Below are positions 13,242 through 27,900 of a stretch of DNA of 64,000 nt, in pieces; within the stretch, counting starts at the first letter, position 1; every line of letters starts with the position of its first letter. Position numbers and translations under genes: made by a program. The stretch lies in the NCBI RefSeq assembly GCF_009914755.1, contig NC_060929.1, one strand, 5' to 3'. The stretch is from the human T2T-CHM13v2.0 reference genome, Homo sapiens. The notes under the pieces are model-generated. The model searched no databases. It saw nothing but the letters and a program-made list of their open reading frames with translations, and had not been told where the DNA came from.

Positions 13242-13361
13242 GTTTGACGTTGTTCACGTTCCTCTTCATCTGTAATTGAATTGTACATAAGAGTACTTTA
13301 CATTGGAGTACTTTCCCCTCCGCCCAGTAGGGGTCTTGCTTTGTAGTTGCTCTTTGCACAG
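13242..13361 (+). other. Candidate non-coding internal exon (120 nt)
   Basis: tactaaa branch-like motif, pyrimidine tract ending ...ctccttgctAG, donor CAG|gtgaga; stops in all three frames. Confidence 0.35.
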
Positions 13362-16255
13362 GTGAGAAAAGAAACCAGCCCTTTCGCCACTGAGGGGACT
13401 GCTGCTTTTTGCTTTTTTAGTCACATTATTATAAGAGCATCAGTGTTCAGGGACATATTCTGCTCATTTATCTAATAATCTCCGGAAGCTTTCTTAAAAG
13501 AACCAGAGCTCTTAGTGCAGCTTCCTGAATGTGATCAGGTAAACATCAGTTCAAATTTTCAAATCTCAAAATTATACAGAGGCCAAGGAACTAGAGAATA
13601 GAGACCTTCTCATTCAGTTCCCCCAGAGAAGAATATCAAAGAAAGATAGGCTGCATTGTGAGTAACTCAAGTTCATAGGTAGACAGTCACCAAGGAAATT
13701 TTCATTAAGGTTTGATGCCAAGGAAAGCCATAGAATAGCCTACAGGAAGTATTAGGTCAAAACCCTATGGAAGGGAGACAAGATGATAAGGGACAGAAAG
13801 GTGTAAAAGAGGAAGAGAAGGAAGAAGAAAATGGTATTCTTTTTTAAAAATGCATATGATACCACCTACATGTAAACCACCTTTACAAATAAAGTACATC
13901 TGAAAAAGGCCCACTCTTCAGTTAGATCTTAGATAACCTCTTATCTCAATGGCTTACTTCACTCCCACAGTTGTCACTTTCCTCAGAGCCAGGGAGATCT
14001 AAGTTGTCAACTAATAGATAATGTAAGATTACTTAGACGTCATGTAAGCTTTTAGCCACACAGAAATACAATGTTATACTTCTTTTTCAAGGCTACAGGG
14101 TTTAGTCAAACCATGGTTTTTGGGGAAAACAAGAGTCTGACAAATGTTTGATGATTACAGAATACATGATCCTTTAAGATGTGAAATCTCACAATTATGA
14201 CATTTTAAATGACTCTACACTCCCCTTTCTGAGAATACAGAATATAATCTCAGTTTTTGCAAAATGTTTTCAGTGCGTATATATGCATTTGCTTATATAC
14301 ATACAAACATATATACAATATATCTTTTGAAATATGATGGCTTGATGTTTAAAGTTTTCTGACACTAAACTGGATTTTATTTTGAATATAATCCTTTATA
14401 ATATAATACAGTCCTTTTGTTTCAGTAAATTCTTTTCTTCCTGTTTTCAACATCTTAATGCTACATTATGAGTGCAATTCATACTGCAATAGAGCAACAT
14501 AAGGCAGTATAACACAATTAGAAAGCACTTGTCTTGTTGGCTCTAGGTCTGAAAAGAAACCGAAAAACAAAAAGAAAGCACTTGTTTGCTATAGATATAG
14601 CATCAATGTCTCTGAAAGAGTTAATATTACTTCCAAAATACTAAGCCAGGGACAGAGGAAAGCAGTGAAAAAATTGGTTCAATATGATATTGATTTGTGG
14701 AATTCTTGAGTTCAGAGCAAGAGTTCCCCACTTAGTCTATAGATCCAATCTAGATATTCCTGGAATACATAGTTCAGGCAGAGCTCACTGGAGATCTAGC
14801 AATATAAACACTAACCAAATTAACTCTAAGATACTTTAGATACTTGTTCGTAAACAATGGTACCAGTGCACTCCTGTGTACTCTTAGACCTTCCCATACT
14901 ATCCATCAAGCTGTGAAATGCCCAGACATACTCCAGCCACCAAGTAAAAATGGATGGCATTTAATAAAAGCAAGTCAAAGTTAACATTTTGAATAAATTT
15001 CTTTCCCTAATATAGCAGCAGAGAGTGATTTAAAGCAAATGTTTTAATTATGCATTTCCTCTGGCCGATCCTAATCTAGCATTAAAACAGTGCCTCCTAC
15101 AACTTTGTCACTCCCACCTGCCACTGCTAATGTTGTAGTTGTGTAGGCATAACCTATGTGCATTTAGGTCCAAATTTAAAATATTCTGGAAGTTAGTGTT
15201 CCTTTCCAATGTACTTTTCTATATACAAACAGGAAAAAGTTAAATCGAGGCAAAAATCTGTAACTCTAAGGACACTTTGTCTTAAACATTTTCCTCACCA
15301 TTTCTAATCATCTTTATAAAACTGTTTTGTCAAATAACAGCAGTCAAATTTTTACAGCAGTCAAATTCTTAAATAAAAATAGCAGAAAATTATAAAGAAA
15401 TAAAGAAATGAACAAACAGCTCCTTGCTCCAAATGAAAACATTTCCTATTATATTCCGTCAGTGTAGTTATAGCTTAAAGATATAAAGGGAGTGTCCAAA
15501 GTAGTGTGTAAACAATAAATATTATCTAAAAATGAAACATACTTTATTAGCTGTTTAGGGCTTTCTATTTCTTCTGGCTAATAAAGTGGAATTCAAATAT
15601 TACATTTGAAGCTGAATCATAAATCCATCAAAGAGCTTATTTTCCCCAAATCCCAACTTCAAAACATACGGAAAATTGCCTAAAGGTAGAGAAAGTTGTT
15701 GCTCTTATCACACTGTGCATGTAAATTCCCAAGATGATTGATTTAACGAGGTTTGCACATTAGAAGCCTTTTCCATTGTTACAATAAGAGGAAATCACAA
15801 GAAAGATTAATGCCCTCTGCATGGTGCCACTGTATTAAAATGTCTTTGAAATGTCTTCACTCCAGGAGCATTTCCTACCCATGCCAGTACTTAGTAAAGT
15901 TGGTCTCAGTGTAAAGGATTTATTAGTTACAGCCAATGACGCTGTTGTGCTGGAAATAAATACCTGCAATATGCTTACTTTCCAAGAGACGTATAAACCA
16001 GTCAGTTTCCAAACAAAATTTAACTTCATGGCCTAGTACAAGGAGAGCACGTCTCTGAGATGCTTGCAAGTGAGGCCACCCACAGGTCTGCCACAGTATC
16101 TAGGATCTTGTCACAACACTGCAGTGTTACCAAATGGGAAGCAAAGCCATGAGCCCTCCTATCACTTGGAAAGCTTCTCACACTTAGATCCTCACTGGCA
16201 TTTTCTCTAAAGTAATGGAATGTTTTCTCGCTCTCACCTTTCCTCTTCTTCGCAG

Positions 16256-16354
16256 ACACAGGAGAAAAAATATTTCAATCTGCTCTTACAATCTCTAGGA
16301 TGGTGCCATACACCTGAGCCTGTTTTCTCATACTGCTTGGATTATATAAAAGAG
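16256..16354 (+). other. Candidate internal exon (99 nt, open in phase 0)
   Basis: ctcac + ctttcctcttcttcgcAG acceptor, donor GAG|gtgact; reads TQEKKYFNLLLQSLGWCHTPEPVFSYCLDYIKE, which I do not recognise. Confidence 0.35.
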
Positions 16355-17878
16355 GTGACTTCAGAGAATAATTTTTTAAATGATTAAGACTAACACTCCT
16401 ATACCCATATACAACCAATAGCATTAACTGTGTACCAATTATATGTTCCGTATTGAGCTAAGTGCTGGGATATACACATGAAACAATTTATGAACAAAAA
16501 ATTATGTATTATTTCATTACCATGAAGTAAAATAATAAAGTCTAAAGTAAGTAGCATATACAACAATAAAACAAGTTAAAATAAGAAATATCATATGAAA
16601 TGCAACAGAACTGTGATTGACAGATACCAAAATGTACATGGCATAGAAAGGCAATTGTTGGCATGCAACAAATCTTAAATCAACAAGCACAGAAATAGAA
16701 AGGTTTCTATCTAGTATATCTATATTATTCCCTGGTATTATGCATTTCTGTTTCTTTGCCTCTCCTCATGCTCCCCTGGTCTGGAATGTTTCATCTCTTC
16801 TCTGTTCATCCAAGTGATAATGTCCTTAAGGACCCAACTGAAATCCCACTTCCCCATGGCAACCCCAAACCCCATCATTCTCCCACTTCTATAAACTTTT
16901 ACAGTTTTTCTAGTAACCATCTCATACTTCAGTGTATATTGGCCCATACTGTTTACTATTTTTTCCCCTTAACTAATTATCCTAGCTGGCTTGCAAGCTT
17001 CATGAGAGTAGGAAACAAGTCTTCTATGACTTCTGTTTCCTCGTAACAATTATTATAGGAGTGAGCACGTTTTTATTTGCACTTAATAAATACTTGACAC
17101 TTTGGTTTGATGTAGGATGGCCTGTTACCAAAAGACTTCGTGAGGTTATAAAAAAGTTGTTAAATGCAGAATGGAAACATTAATTTATTCACCACTTCAA
17201 AGTGAATAAACAAAAATAGTCATCAAAATATATAGAAAACACAGACACTGAGGTACAAATTATGCAGTGGTAAATGTTTAACTCATTCATTAGTTTAAAA
17301 CAGTAAAAATTAGAATTGGGAAAAAATCCATAGGTAAACACAATAGGAACAAACAGTAATAGATGATGATTAATCCATAAGCAAATACAATACGAACAAA
17401 CATTCATGTATTAACTTCTAGTTTCTTTGCCTTGTTCCAAAAATTCTAGCATTGCTTCCTAAGCATCTCTCTCCCTTGCAATGAAAAAGTTAAGATTAAC
17501 TGTCTGCAGATCACGAGGGTGTGGGACAAGTAGAAAAAAGCAAAGAGCTTGTACACACGAGGCATTCAGGAGCCATGTACGGAGAAAATTGAAAGAGAAT
17601 GAAAAGAAAAGCTGTTCAGGGAGCTGCTGGTGAGAGAGGTAGGGGTGAAAACAAAGACCTGGATTCCAGTTATATTTAGCTGCTAACTAGCAGAAGGATT
17701 TAGGAAAGTTATTTAAACTCTTTGAATTACAGATTACACACGTATCTGTAAAATCAGAATAATAAAACCTACCATACAGGATTGTTGGGAGGATTAAATT
17801 AGTTCCTGGCTCATTATTGACACTCAGTAAATAGAGCAAATCTCACATGTTATTATCAATAATAGGCCTTGAAATTTT

Positions 17879-17990
17879 GGCAATCTCACCTCAGCCTCCC
17901 AAGTAACTGGGACTACAGGCACACGCCACCATGCCTGGCTAATTTTTTATATTTTTTGTAGAGACGGGGTTTCACCTTGTTGCCCAGGCC
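17879..17990 (-). mobile_element. Internal Alu fragment
   Basis: cctcagcctcccaagtaactgggactacagg...tttttgtagagacggggtttcaccttgttgcccagg; both ends missing. Confidence 0.88.
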
Positions 17991-18199
17991 ACCCTTTCCC
18001 TTTGTTTGGCTACTTCTTTGAGCATTCAGTGTCTTCCAATCCAACTTCTATCTTCACACTTTCCTCCTCTTGATATTATTTTCATGCCTTCACTTTCATC
18101 TATTCTATGGCAAGCACATATTGCCCCTGAGAGTACAGAAAGAAAAAACGCAAAGAAGAAAAATATGAATTTTTGTGTGTGTGTTTAATAAGTTGAATC

Positions 18200-18607
<408 letters not shown>

Positions 18608-18729
18608 CTAATGTTTTATTGTTCTGAGCTTATGAAAAGTGAAGATACATTTACTTTAGTAACATTGCAAAGCCATGTTCAACATGTGGAGAAATTTCAA
18701 AAGTGAGCCATAAAACTCATACAAAAGGT

Positions 18730-19330
<601 letters not shown>

Positions 19331-20149
19331 CAAGGCTCCACACAGAATCCCCATGTTGTACAACTCTAGGGGCCAAATTCCTATTTAGTCTGTGACTGAA
19401 CCAGTGTGAAAGATGTTCCTTGGAATTACATGACACGGGATCTGGCGTTAAAGCATGTGGACTGACTGTTCCAACAGGGCAGACAAAATTTTACTTTTTT
19501 GCCCCCCAGAAGTAAAATTTTACTTCCCAAAGCTGGAGGAAGGAAGAAGAGAGGTCTACCAGAGCATGTGTCTGTGTCCAGTGACAAAGGGCAAGCAAAA
19601 GATACTCTTCTGAGATGAGTAACCTGGAAAAAAAATCACACTTATTTTCACAAGTTACACTTTAATTGTTTCTGTTACTGAACCCTGTAAGAGAACATTC
19701 TCATAGCTGCTTATGAGACGATTTTTACAATTGTTTAGCTAAAGTATTATAAGAATATGAGTCTTCAAAGCACAGGGCTTCTTATTGCTTATGGGTGTGA
19801 AGAGGAGGGGTTCTTCTTAGCTGGAAATAAGTCAGATGCTTCTATAGAAAAAAAAAAATAAGCCCATAACCCTAGCCAGGAAGGATGAGGATATTCATGC
19901 ATCAATTATCATAGTTCTGCCAGTCAGATATACAGGAAGTATACACTGCAGACCTGAAACCAGATCAGGAAAAGCACATCCTAAACAGATGGCGTTCAGC
20001 CAAGCAAAGTGTCTTTTATTAAGATTCCACACCTCCAGGTGCACATATAAGTTTCATGCTACCACAAGACAATGTCGAGACTTGGCTTCCTGAGTGACCT
20101 GGTTGCCAGTTTCTACCCCATATTTTGTGGGTACAGCTAAAATATCACA

Positions 20150-20372
20150 AGTGGTTTAAGCTCAGATTACAATCTTGGCTCCACCATTTACTTTCTAGTT
20201 TTATGAGACCCTGGGCAAGTAATTTATTCTCTATGTCTCTCAGTTTTCTTATCTGGAAAAAATGGGAATAATATTCCTGTCCCACAGGGTTGCATATTAT
20301 TACATAAGTTAGTGCATGTACAGTGTTTTGAATGTGCCTTGGGACTTCATAAATACTCAATAAAAATTAGCT
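20150..20372 (+). mobile_element. MIR SINE
   Basis: ctgggcaagtaatttattctctatgtctctcagttttcttatctggaaaaaatgggaataata. Confidence 0.8.
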
Positions 20373-21070
20373 AGATATTTTTCTCCTAACTCTCCTCGTA
20401 TGCAACTATTATTGATTCCATAATTATGGTTATACAATCACCTTTCACCCTTTTAGTTTGTATACATGTATGTCCGTTTCTCTGGACCATAACCTTAGCT
20501 TTCCTCCAAACTATATTCTATGGTTTCATCTATCAGAAAACCAACATAGAGCACTTCTTTTGGTTCGACCCAGTTTTCTTCTTGGTCACCCATTGCCCTC
20601 ACAGTCAGTTCTTAGTCTGATCTTTTATGACTTCAGATATGTGAGCAAACCAATGAGGAATCTGACCCTAGGTATTCAAGACATAACTCTCATATTGTGT
20701 AGAAAAGAAAATCAAAGCAATTAGCAAGGCATTAAGTTGGTAGTGAAGCCACCAGCCCTTTGAGGCTAGAATATAGTTAACTTGGGACAAAATTCCATAA
20801 TCTGGGAATTTGACTCATCTATGCTAAAAATTTTCTTTCTAGTGTCCCTCTATGCTTAAAGGTCACAAAGAAATTTCAAATACTAACAAGGTGTCTTGGG
20901 TAGCAAGAGCTCAGTGGCATACAGCACTCAAATTTGTCCCAAGGAAGGAGCCAGGCCAGGAGCTCATAGAGCAATAGCAAGCCATTGAAGCAGAAGCAAG
21001 TAACACATGTTGGTAGCTGTACCATTAAGAGTTGCAATGGATTTGGCTAAGATGTAAAAATAAAGCCTCA

Positions 21071-21538
<468 letters not shown>

Positions 21539-21799
21539 TCATTGTCTACTCAGTAGCAATTTCTCTGTCTCTTAATTACTAAAGCACTCAAATTCATTCA
21601 AATCTAAGTTGGCCATGTTCTTTCCAAAAGACACCTTCTACCCAACCCCAAGAAGTTAGGTTTGTTTGGTCCAAGCCAATTATGGTAATTCCATTTTCCT
21701 TATTTTAGGAATGGGCATGTAATAAAAGACTCACCTGTAAGAAGTAAGGGGAGACCTCTGTGGATGGATAGATGAGCAAGGTTTGTCATTTTTTAAAAA

Positions 21800-22680
21800 G
21801 GCAAGAAGAAAATGGTAAGAGAAAGAATCAAGCATTTATTCTTTTTCCTGTATTTTGAGTAACCAAATAGTTTTTGAGAGTTATTCTTTATTCAAGAACA
21901 CCAACTAAAAAAATGCAACCCTTAAAAGAACAGTGAATCTAGGCAACAACCATCAATAGATGTCAAAATATTATGCAAAAGTTGATGTGGAACTTTATAG
22001 TGGATGGAATTTTATAGTGGATGGATCTTATTGACAACTTCTGAATCCACAGATGAATTTTAGTATACTAAAAGTAGAACAACAAGGCTGTATCTGTCCT
22101 CCAATTTGAAGTTTGGGGCTGTATAAAGTATCACTTGTAAAATATTCTTACAAAACAAAAGTGAATCTTAATCTATTCAAGTCTCTATATTTAAATCTCT
22201 AGTTTGGAAATATGAGGAGAGATAATTAGGTTAAAATCATCGCAAGGAAGCAACCAGCCAAATCCAGAACACAGGATAAACTACAGGACAAACTAGTTTC
22301 TTCAAGAATATGAGGAGAGAAGGACTCTTGTAGATTAAAAGATGTTTAGAGAAGCATAACAACCAAATGCAGTGTATGAACCTTATTTGGATTTTTTTCT
22401 TTAGAAAAAAAATTGAACACAGATTAGTGTGTAAATAAGTTTAAGAAATTATTATTTTCATTACATGTGATAACAGCATCACATTTAAATTAAAAGTCCT
22501 TAGGTGCTTAAAATGCATGCTGAAATATTTGTAGATAAAATATATAATACTTACTTTAAGATAATCATGTTTAAAAGTGTAGAAAAGGAATAAATGAAAC
22601 AGATTGGCAAATATCTGTAATTGTTGAAGCTGGGTGAAGGGTGTATGATTGAAATTTTCTGAAATTGAGATTTTAGACAT
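21800..22680 (+). mobile_element. Old L1 3' region (L1MC-like)
   Basis: aaccaaatgcagtgtatgaaccttatttggat...aattgttgaagctgggtgaagggtgtatg resemble L1MC 3'UTR; boundaries approximate. Confidence 0.6.
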
Positions 22681-24539
22681 ATGGGAAAACTGTAACATGA
22701 GAAATGATGCACTCTCTTCCCATTTCCAACTTCTGAATATTATTGTAACCATGAGGGGACAACTCTTCTTATGGCAGAGCACAGAAAGAGAAAAAAAAAA
22801 CAGACCTTGATGACATCATGAGCTAGTGGATTATCCAGCCCTTAAATCATTTTACTCTGTGATTTTACTATGTCAAGTAAAAAATGCTTTATTATTTCAT
22901 CTAATTTTAAAATGAGTTTTCTGTTACTTGCAGCCACAATTATCTTAATTGATAAAATGTTATATATAAAGTTATTTTGTTGCTGTTTTTAAATTATTTA
23001 TTTTTAATTAACCAAGTAATTACACGTTCATTGAAGCAAGTTATTATACGCTCATTGAAAAAAAAACAAAAAAGAATATAGAACACAGATTATTATTCCC
23101 CTTCATGTGGCCCATCTCCCTCTCCTTAACAGAGGCAACCACCCTTAACATATTTTGATTTAAATGTTATTGGAATATCTGCATCTATGTTTGCCTAGAT
23201 GACATTGTTTATGAGGACTGCTTTGTGAGTCTGTGTGCCTATGTATCTATGTGTATCATCATTTGTGGGACCTGATCCTTCTGGGACAGACAAGGAATCT
23301 GTCTTTTCATTCACTTCTAATTATCTCCCCCCAGTGGCTAATGTAGCACTAAAATTTCACCATGCACTGAGTAAACCCTTATTTGTAGATAATATTAATG
23401 GTGATAAGAATAGCCAGGCTTACAAGAATCATTTCCAAACTGCACTCAAACTGAACTCCAAGTCTGCAAAAGCAATATTGTACCTTCCCCACCCCCACAG
23501 AAAAATAACAATAGATCACAACCAAAGATACCAGCAGGTGTGCAACATGCAAATGGCAAGCATGAAAACTGAAGTGACTGACATTCTGAAGACATTTTCC
23601 AGCAAGATAAATTGTCAAAGCTGAGAACATTTGAACAGCAGGGCACAGCAAAGAGGCATTACATCTTCACATTTCAAGTCATTTGGCTGTGCACGGCAGA
23701 GTTACTTATAAAACTTAGTAAAGAGAAATCTACATTAACTGTTGAGCCATCCATAGGACTGCATTTGGTAGGGAGAGAGGGCATATGTGCCCATCTGTTC
23801 CGGATCTAGCTACCTTCCCAACCTTCCCTCTCTTGTCATTTTTAGAATGTAAACATTCTGAATGTAGGGAGGAACTGGGTTCTGTGGTATGTTCTGAACA
23901 GTTTCCAGCACTTTGAGCACTTAGAACATTTTTAAGGAATAACAACATTTTGCATTGGACTGAAGGGAATAGAACTTCCCCTTCATTTGCTAAAATGAGA
24001 ATATCTTTTATTCACCAAAAGCTGTTCTTTGGCTGACCAATTTAGCAAAAGAATAAAGAACTCCTTTTCTCATGCTTAGAAGGGACCTGTTCTTAAACAA
24101 TGAAATGGTAATTCAAGGAGACATGTAGCAGCAGAGAGCCAGTTTGTAAAAGTACTTTTCTGGACAAGTAAGATACTTTCAAAACGTAGAAACTCAATTG
24201 GACCCAGCTAGATTTTGCTTTGGGAGGCCCACAGTGCCTAATGCAGATACAGGAAAAAAAAAAAAAGTGTCAGATTAGGGCAGGCATTTAGAAAAAGAAC
24301 AAAAAACTTTTTGATTCCACATGCCTAAGTTTAAAAAAGGGAAAAGGGAATGGTGTCTATCTTTTAGAATCTTTAAGAAGTAATAGTAACCTGATTCTTT
24401 AAAAGAAAATCAAAGCTTTTAAAATTCTAAATTTTTTTTTAATTTTGATTTTTTTAAAAAATCAAAGCTTTTAAAATCCTAAAAATTCCTATGGAATTTT
24501 TTCTATAGATATCATCATTCAAGTGTGGAACAAATGTAA

Positions 24540-24950
24540 AAATAAAGTGACTTATTGTGCACTGAATTAATGAAAAACTGGAAACAATACAAATATTCAT
24601 CAACAGAAGACCAGTTGTCATAAGCACATCAAAACATGAAATATTATGTAGCTATAAAAAAGGATGAAAAGCTTCTCTACATAATCATGAAAATATCTGA
24701 GTAGTATATTGTTAAGTTTTAAAAAATACAAGAGTATATATAATATAATGACAGTTTTATAGTAAAGAAAAATATCTATATAGCAAATATATGCATGAAA
24801 AAAGTCTGTAAGGGCATATTTTAAAACCTCATGGTGGCTACGTTGTGGGATTGGGAACTGAGCAGGTACAAGATAAGAACTGAAGGACTGATTTTTATGG
24901 TGTAGTGTTTCATAGTTTTTCATTTTGAATCATGTGACTGTTAAAAAATG
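24540..24950 (+). mobile_element. Old L1 3' fragment (L1ME-like)
   Basis: aaaaactggaaacaatacaaatattcatcaacagaagac...aatattatgtagctataaaaaaggatga. Confidence 0.6.
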
Positions 24951-27900
24951 TTTTTAATTCAGTCCTTTTTAAGCCTTTCTCAAAATTTACGATGAATTAA
25001 ACAGGCCAAGTTTCATCTTTTGGATGATATTTTTTAATGCCTACTTCCATTTATTGCAAAAGGAAAGCAATCCTGCCTGCATTTATGGACTCAAATAAAA
25101 AAATAGAGCAGGTAAAAAGGAGGTAAGTGTATAATACACTATTTTTCCCTAGACAGCTGAAAACCTGAATATATAAATATTTGAAATGGTGTGTTGCTAA
25201 TGTAAAATGAGAGATGTAACCTCAGGGGTAGAACTGAATTCACAAGGGAATGACTACAATTTAGAGGAAGAAAAATACATACAGTCAGACTAATGCTAAA
25301 ACCCCAACTGTGTCCACAGAGACTGTAAACAAGAAGTCTGGGTGAGTGACAAACATCATAAGATCTTCAACAATGAATGATAGTTTGTATGCTCCACTCC
25401 ATTTATGTCAATAATAGTTATATTATGGAATGTGTAGATGGCCTCACCCAAAGGCCCTATTACTATAGAGAATAAAAGTGTGGCATAAAGGGCAACTCTG
25501 CCCATTGCCCCTGGTTAAAATAAATTGCTGAGAATACAATCCAGTCCAAGAATGAATGCCTAAAGGCCTCTGTTTAAAGTTTTAACCTAATCCCTAAAAC
25601 CTTTTGTTGTATCTGTATTTTTCTATCATTTCTCAATTGTTTTGAAAATAAGCACCTATAGTAGTCGGGGACATAAAAGCTATATTAGGTTCTCTCTCAA
25701 GACAATATGGACCCTTCTTTCTCAATGATAACACAAAACAACACAAAACTAAAAAAATTCAAGTACTATTGTTGCCTTCATTTTATCCCTCTTGCTAAAA
25801 AAGAAAAAAATTAAATAAAATGGCCACTGCTTTTTAATGTTGACTAAATGAAAAATAAGCCAATATTACACACAAAAAACAATGAACATAAATGATAAGC
25901 TCCCATTATATTTGCTATTTAATTTGTAGATGTTAATTATAAAAGTAAATCAATGTAATGTAGACATATTGTCTTATAGTGATAAATAATTCCACAGTGT
26001 GATTCACATAAAAATCCTTCATTTGAAAATGAAGTCACTTTTTCAAATTAGGGAAAACACACTTGGGAAGATTGGAGTCTCTCCAAATAACTGGCAGAAG
26101 CATAAACATGACTTAATAATCTGAGTGTCATTTCAACCAAGTGTTTGTGAGGTATCAGATGCATGAAAAACTCTGGTGAAAAACAAGCCAGAAGCATGTT
26201 GCAACAAATTATTATTATAATATGATTCATTTCTGTACATGATTTTTAGTATTAAGTCAGTGATCCTTCCTAAAATCCAGACTACAGGGTATCATAGATA
26301 TTATTTCATTTGTCTAACACATTTAGTTTCATAACCAGATGGCTATCAGTAGTTGCAACTTTAAAACATTATGAAAGAGCCTGTTTAACAATTTGAGTGT
26401 GCCAAACAGTGACTTCCTCTGCAAAAAAAAAAAAAAAAAAAATCAAATGCAAAAGTAAAAGTGCAATCACTCATCTTGATTATTTTGCCTGTCACTAAAT
26501 ATCTGAAAGTAGATATAGAAACTTAAGAAATAGAGGGCTCTAGGAGGCTTTTAGTAATAGAATTTCTTCTACAACACTTGACAGATGATCATTCAATCTG
26601 GATTATCGTTGAGTGCCCTTAGTCAGTGATAAGGAGTTACAGTAATAGTCATTCCTTGTTGAATGGATCTAATTGTTATCAGAATTTTTCCCTGTTTCAA
26701 CAGTTAGCAGCCCCATGCTGTCTACCGAATATTCCGAAGCCAAAAAAAGAAAAGTCTATTTTTCCCCCAACATGATAGGTTTTCAAATATTCAAACACTC
26801 CTTCCACGTACCCAGGTTTTTGGTTCCAAACCAAAGATTTTTCAGTTGTTTTCTTATAACATACTTTCCAGACGCTATACCTTCCCAGTTTCTCTTTGAC
26901 ACTCTCATATGATAATGTCCCTATTAAAGTGTATAAGCGTGGCTAACACCATGCTTCAACTAACACAGCCTAAAATTGCACACCTTAACAGTTACAACAC
27001 ATTTTTTCAAATCTCAGAGTGGTTTTAGGATTAACCATAATGCTAGGGTCTTTTCAGTATCACATTTTTTGACATTTTATATTACTTTAATAATCATAGG
27101 ACTTTACGTTAATATCTGAAAATGTTAACTAATTGTTTTTAGTACCTCTTTCCAAAGAGTTTTAATTTTCAATCAGAATTGAGGCATACCCATTATACCT
27201 AAAGTTAATATTATTGTTAATTTTTATAACCTTGGAGCCTATTTCCAAAACCATAAAAAAGAATGTTTGAGTAACTAAAGTTAGAAAATTTCATTAGAGA
27301 AAGTCTCAGAAACTAACATTGGTGCATTAATCAACCAATTTTCTTTGCATTTTGTTGTACAGTCATATGCATTTCCAGTTATTTGTGTTATCACCAATTT
27401 CACATTTTATTACCCGTTCAAAAAGTATGTGAAGAGGGTTGTCAAATAACCAAGACACTCTACACCATGGAATAATGCTGACCCACCAATTTAGCAATTC
27501 ATAAAGAAATGGAAATAACATTAGTTAGTAAGGACTTTTTGCTGGTGAATACATGCTGCCACCCAGAGATTACATTCCATATTTCAGTGCACTTTGTCCC
27601 AGTTTATTTCTTCACCCAAGAAAAAGGATAACAATTAATTCTCTACAGGTATGACCTTGGAATTTGGATTTTAACTGTTATGAAATGTAAAATTTTTAAA
27701 AGCTTAAACATTAATGAAATTTCTAAGAATAGTCAAAGCAAGAAACAGAAATCTAGTATGGTTACTCAGTCCCAGTGGAATCTGGATGTTTTCTTAGTGA
27801 CATGAGGTTTATCTCTGAGGTAGTAAATCATAAGATATTCTGGAGAAGACAAGCTTCATTTAAACACATACCTTATTAATGTTATCCAAAGTTGCATGCG

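Noticed and set aside
15338-15370. Short direct duplications (cagcagtcaaatt x2; also tttatagtggatgga x2 near 21994 and tagctctc x3 near 61746)
   Set aside because: Ordinary slippage duplications with no further structure
23235-23651. Overlapping 129, 90 and 66 aa ORFs on both strands
   Set aside because: The 129-aa ORF starts at GTG rather than ATG; no recognisable domain and no convincing splice boundaries
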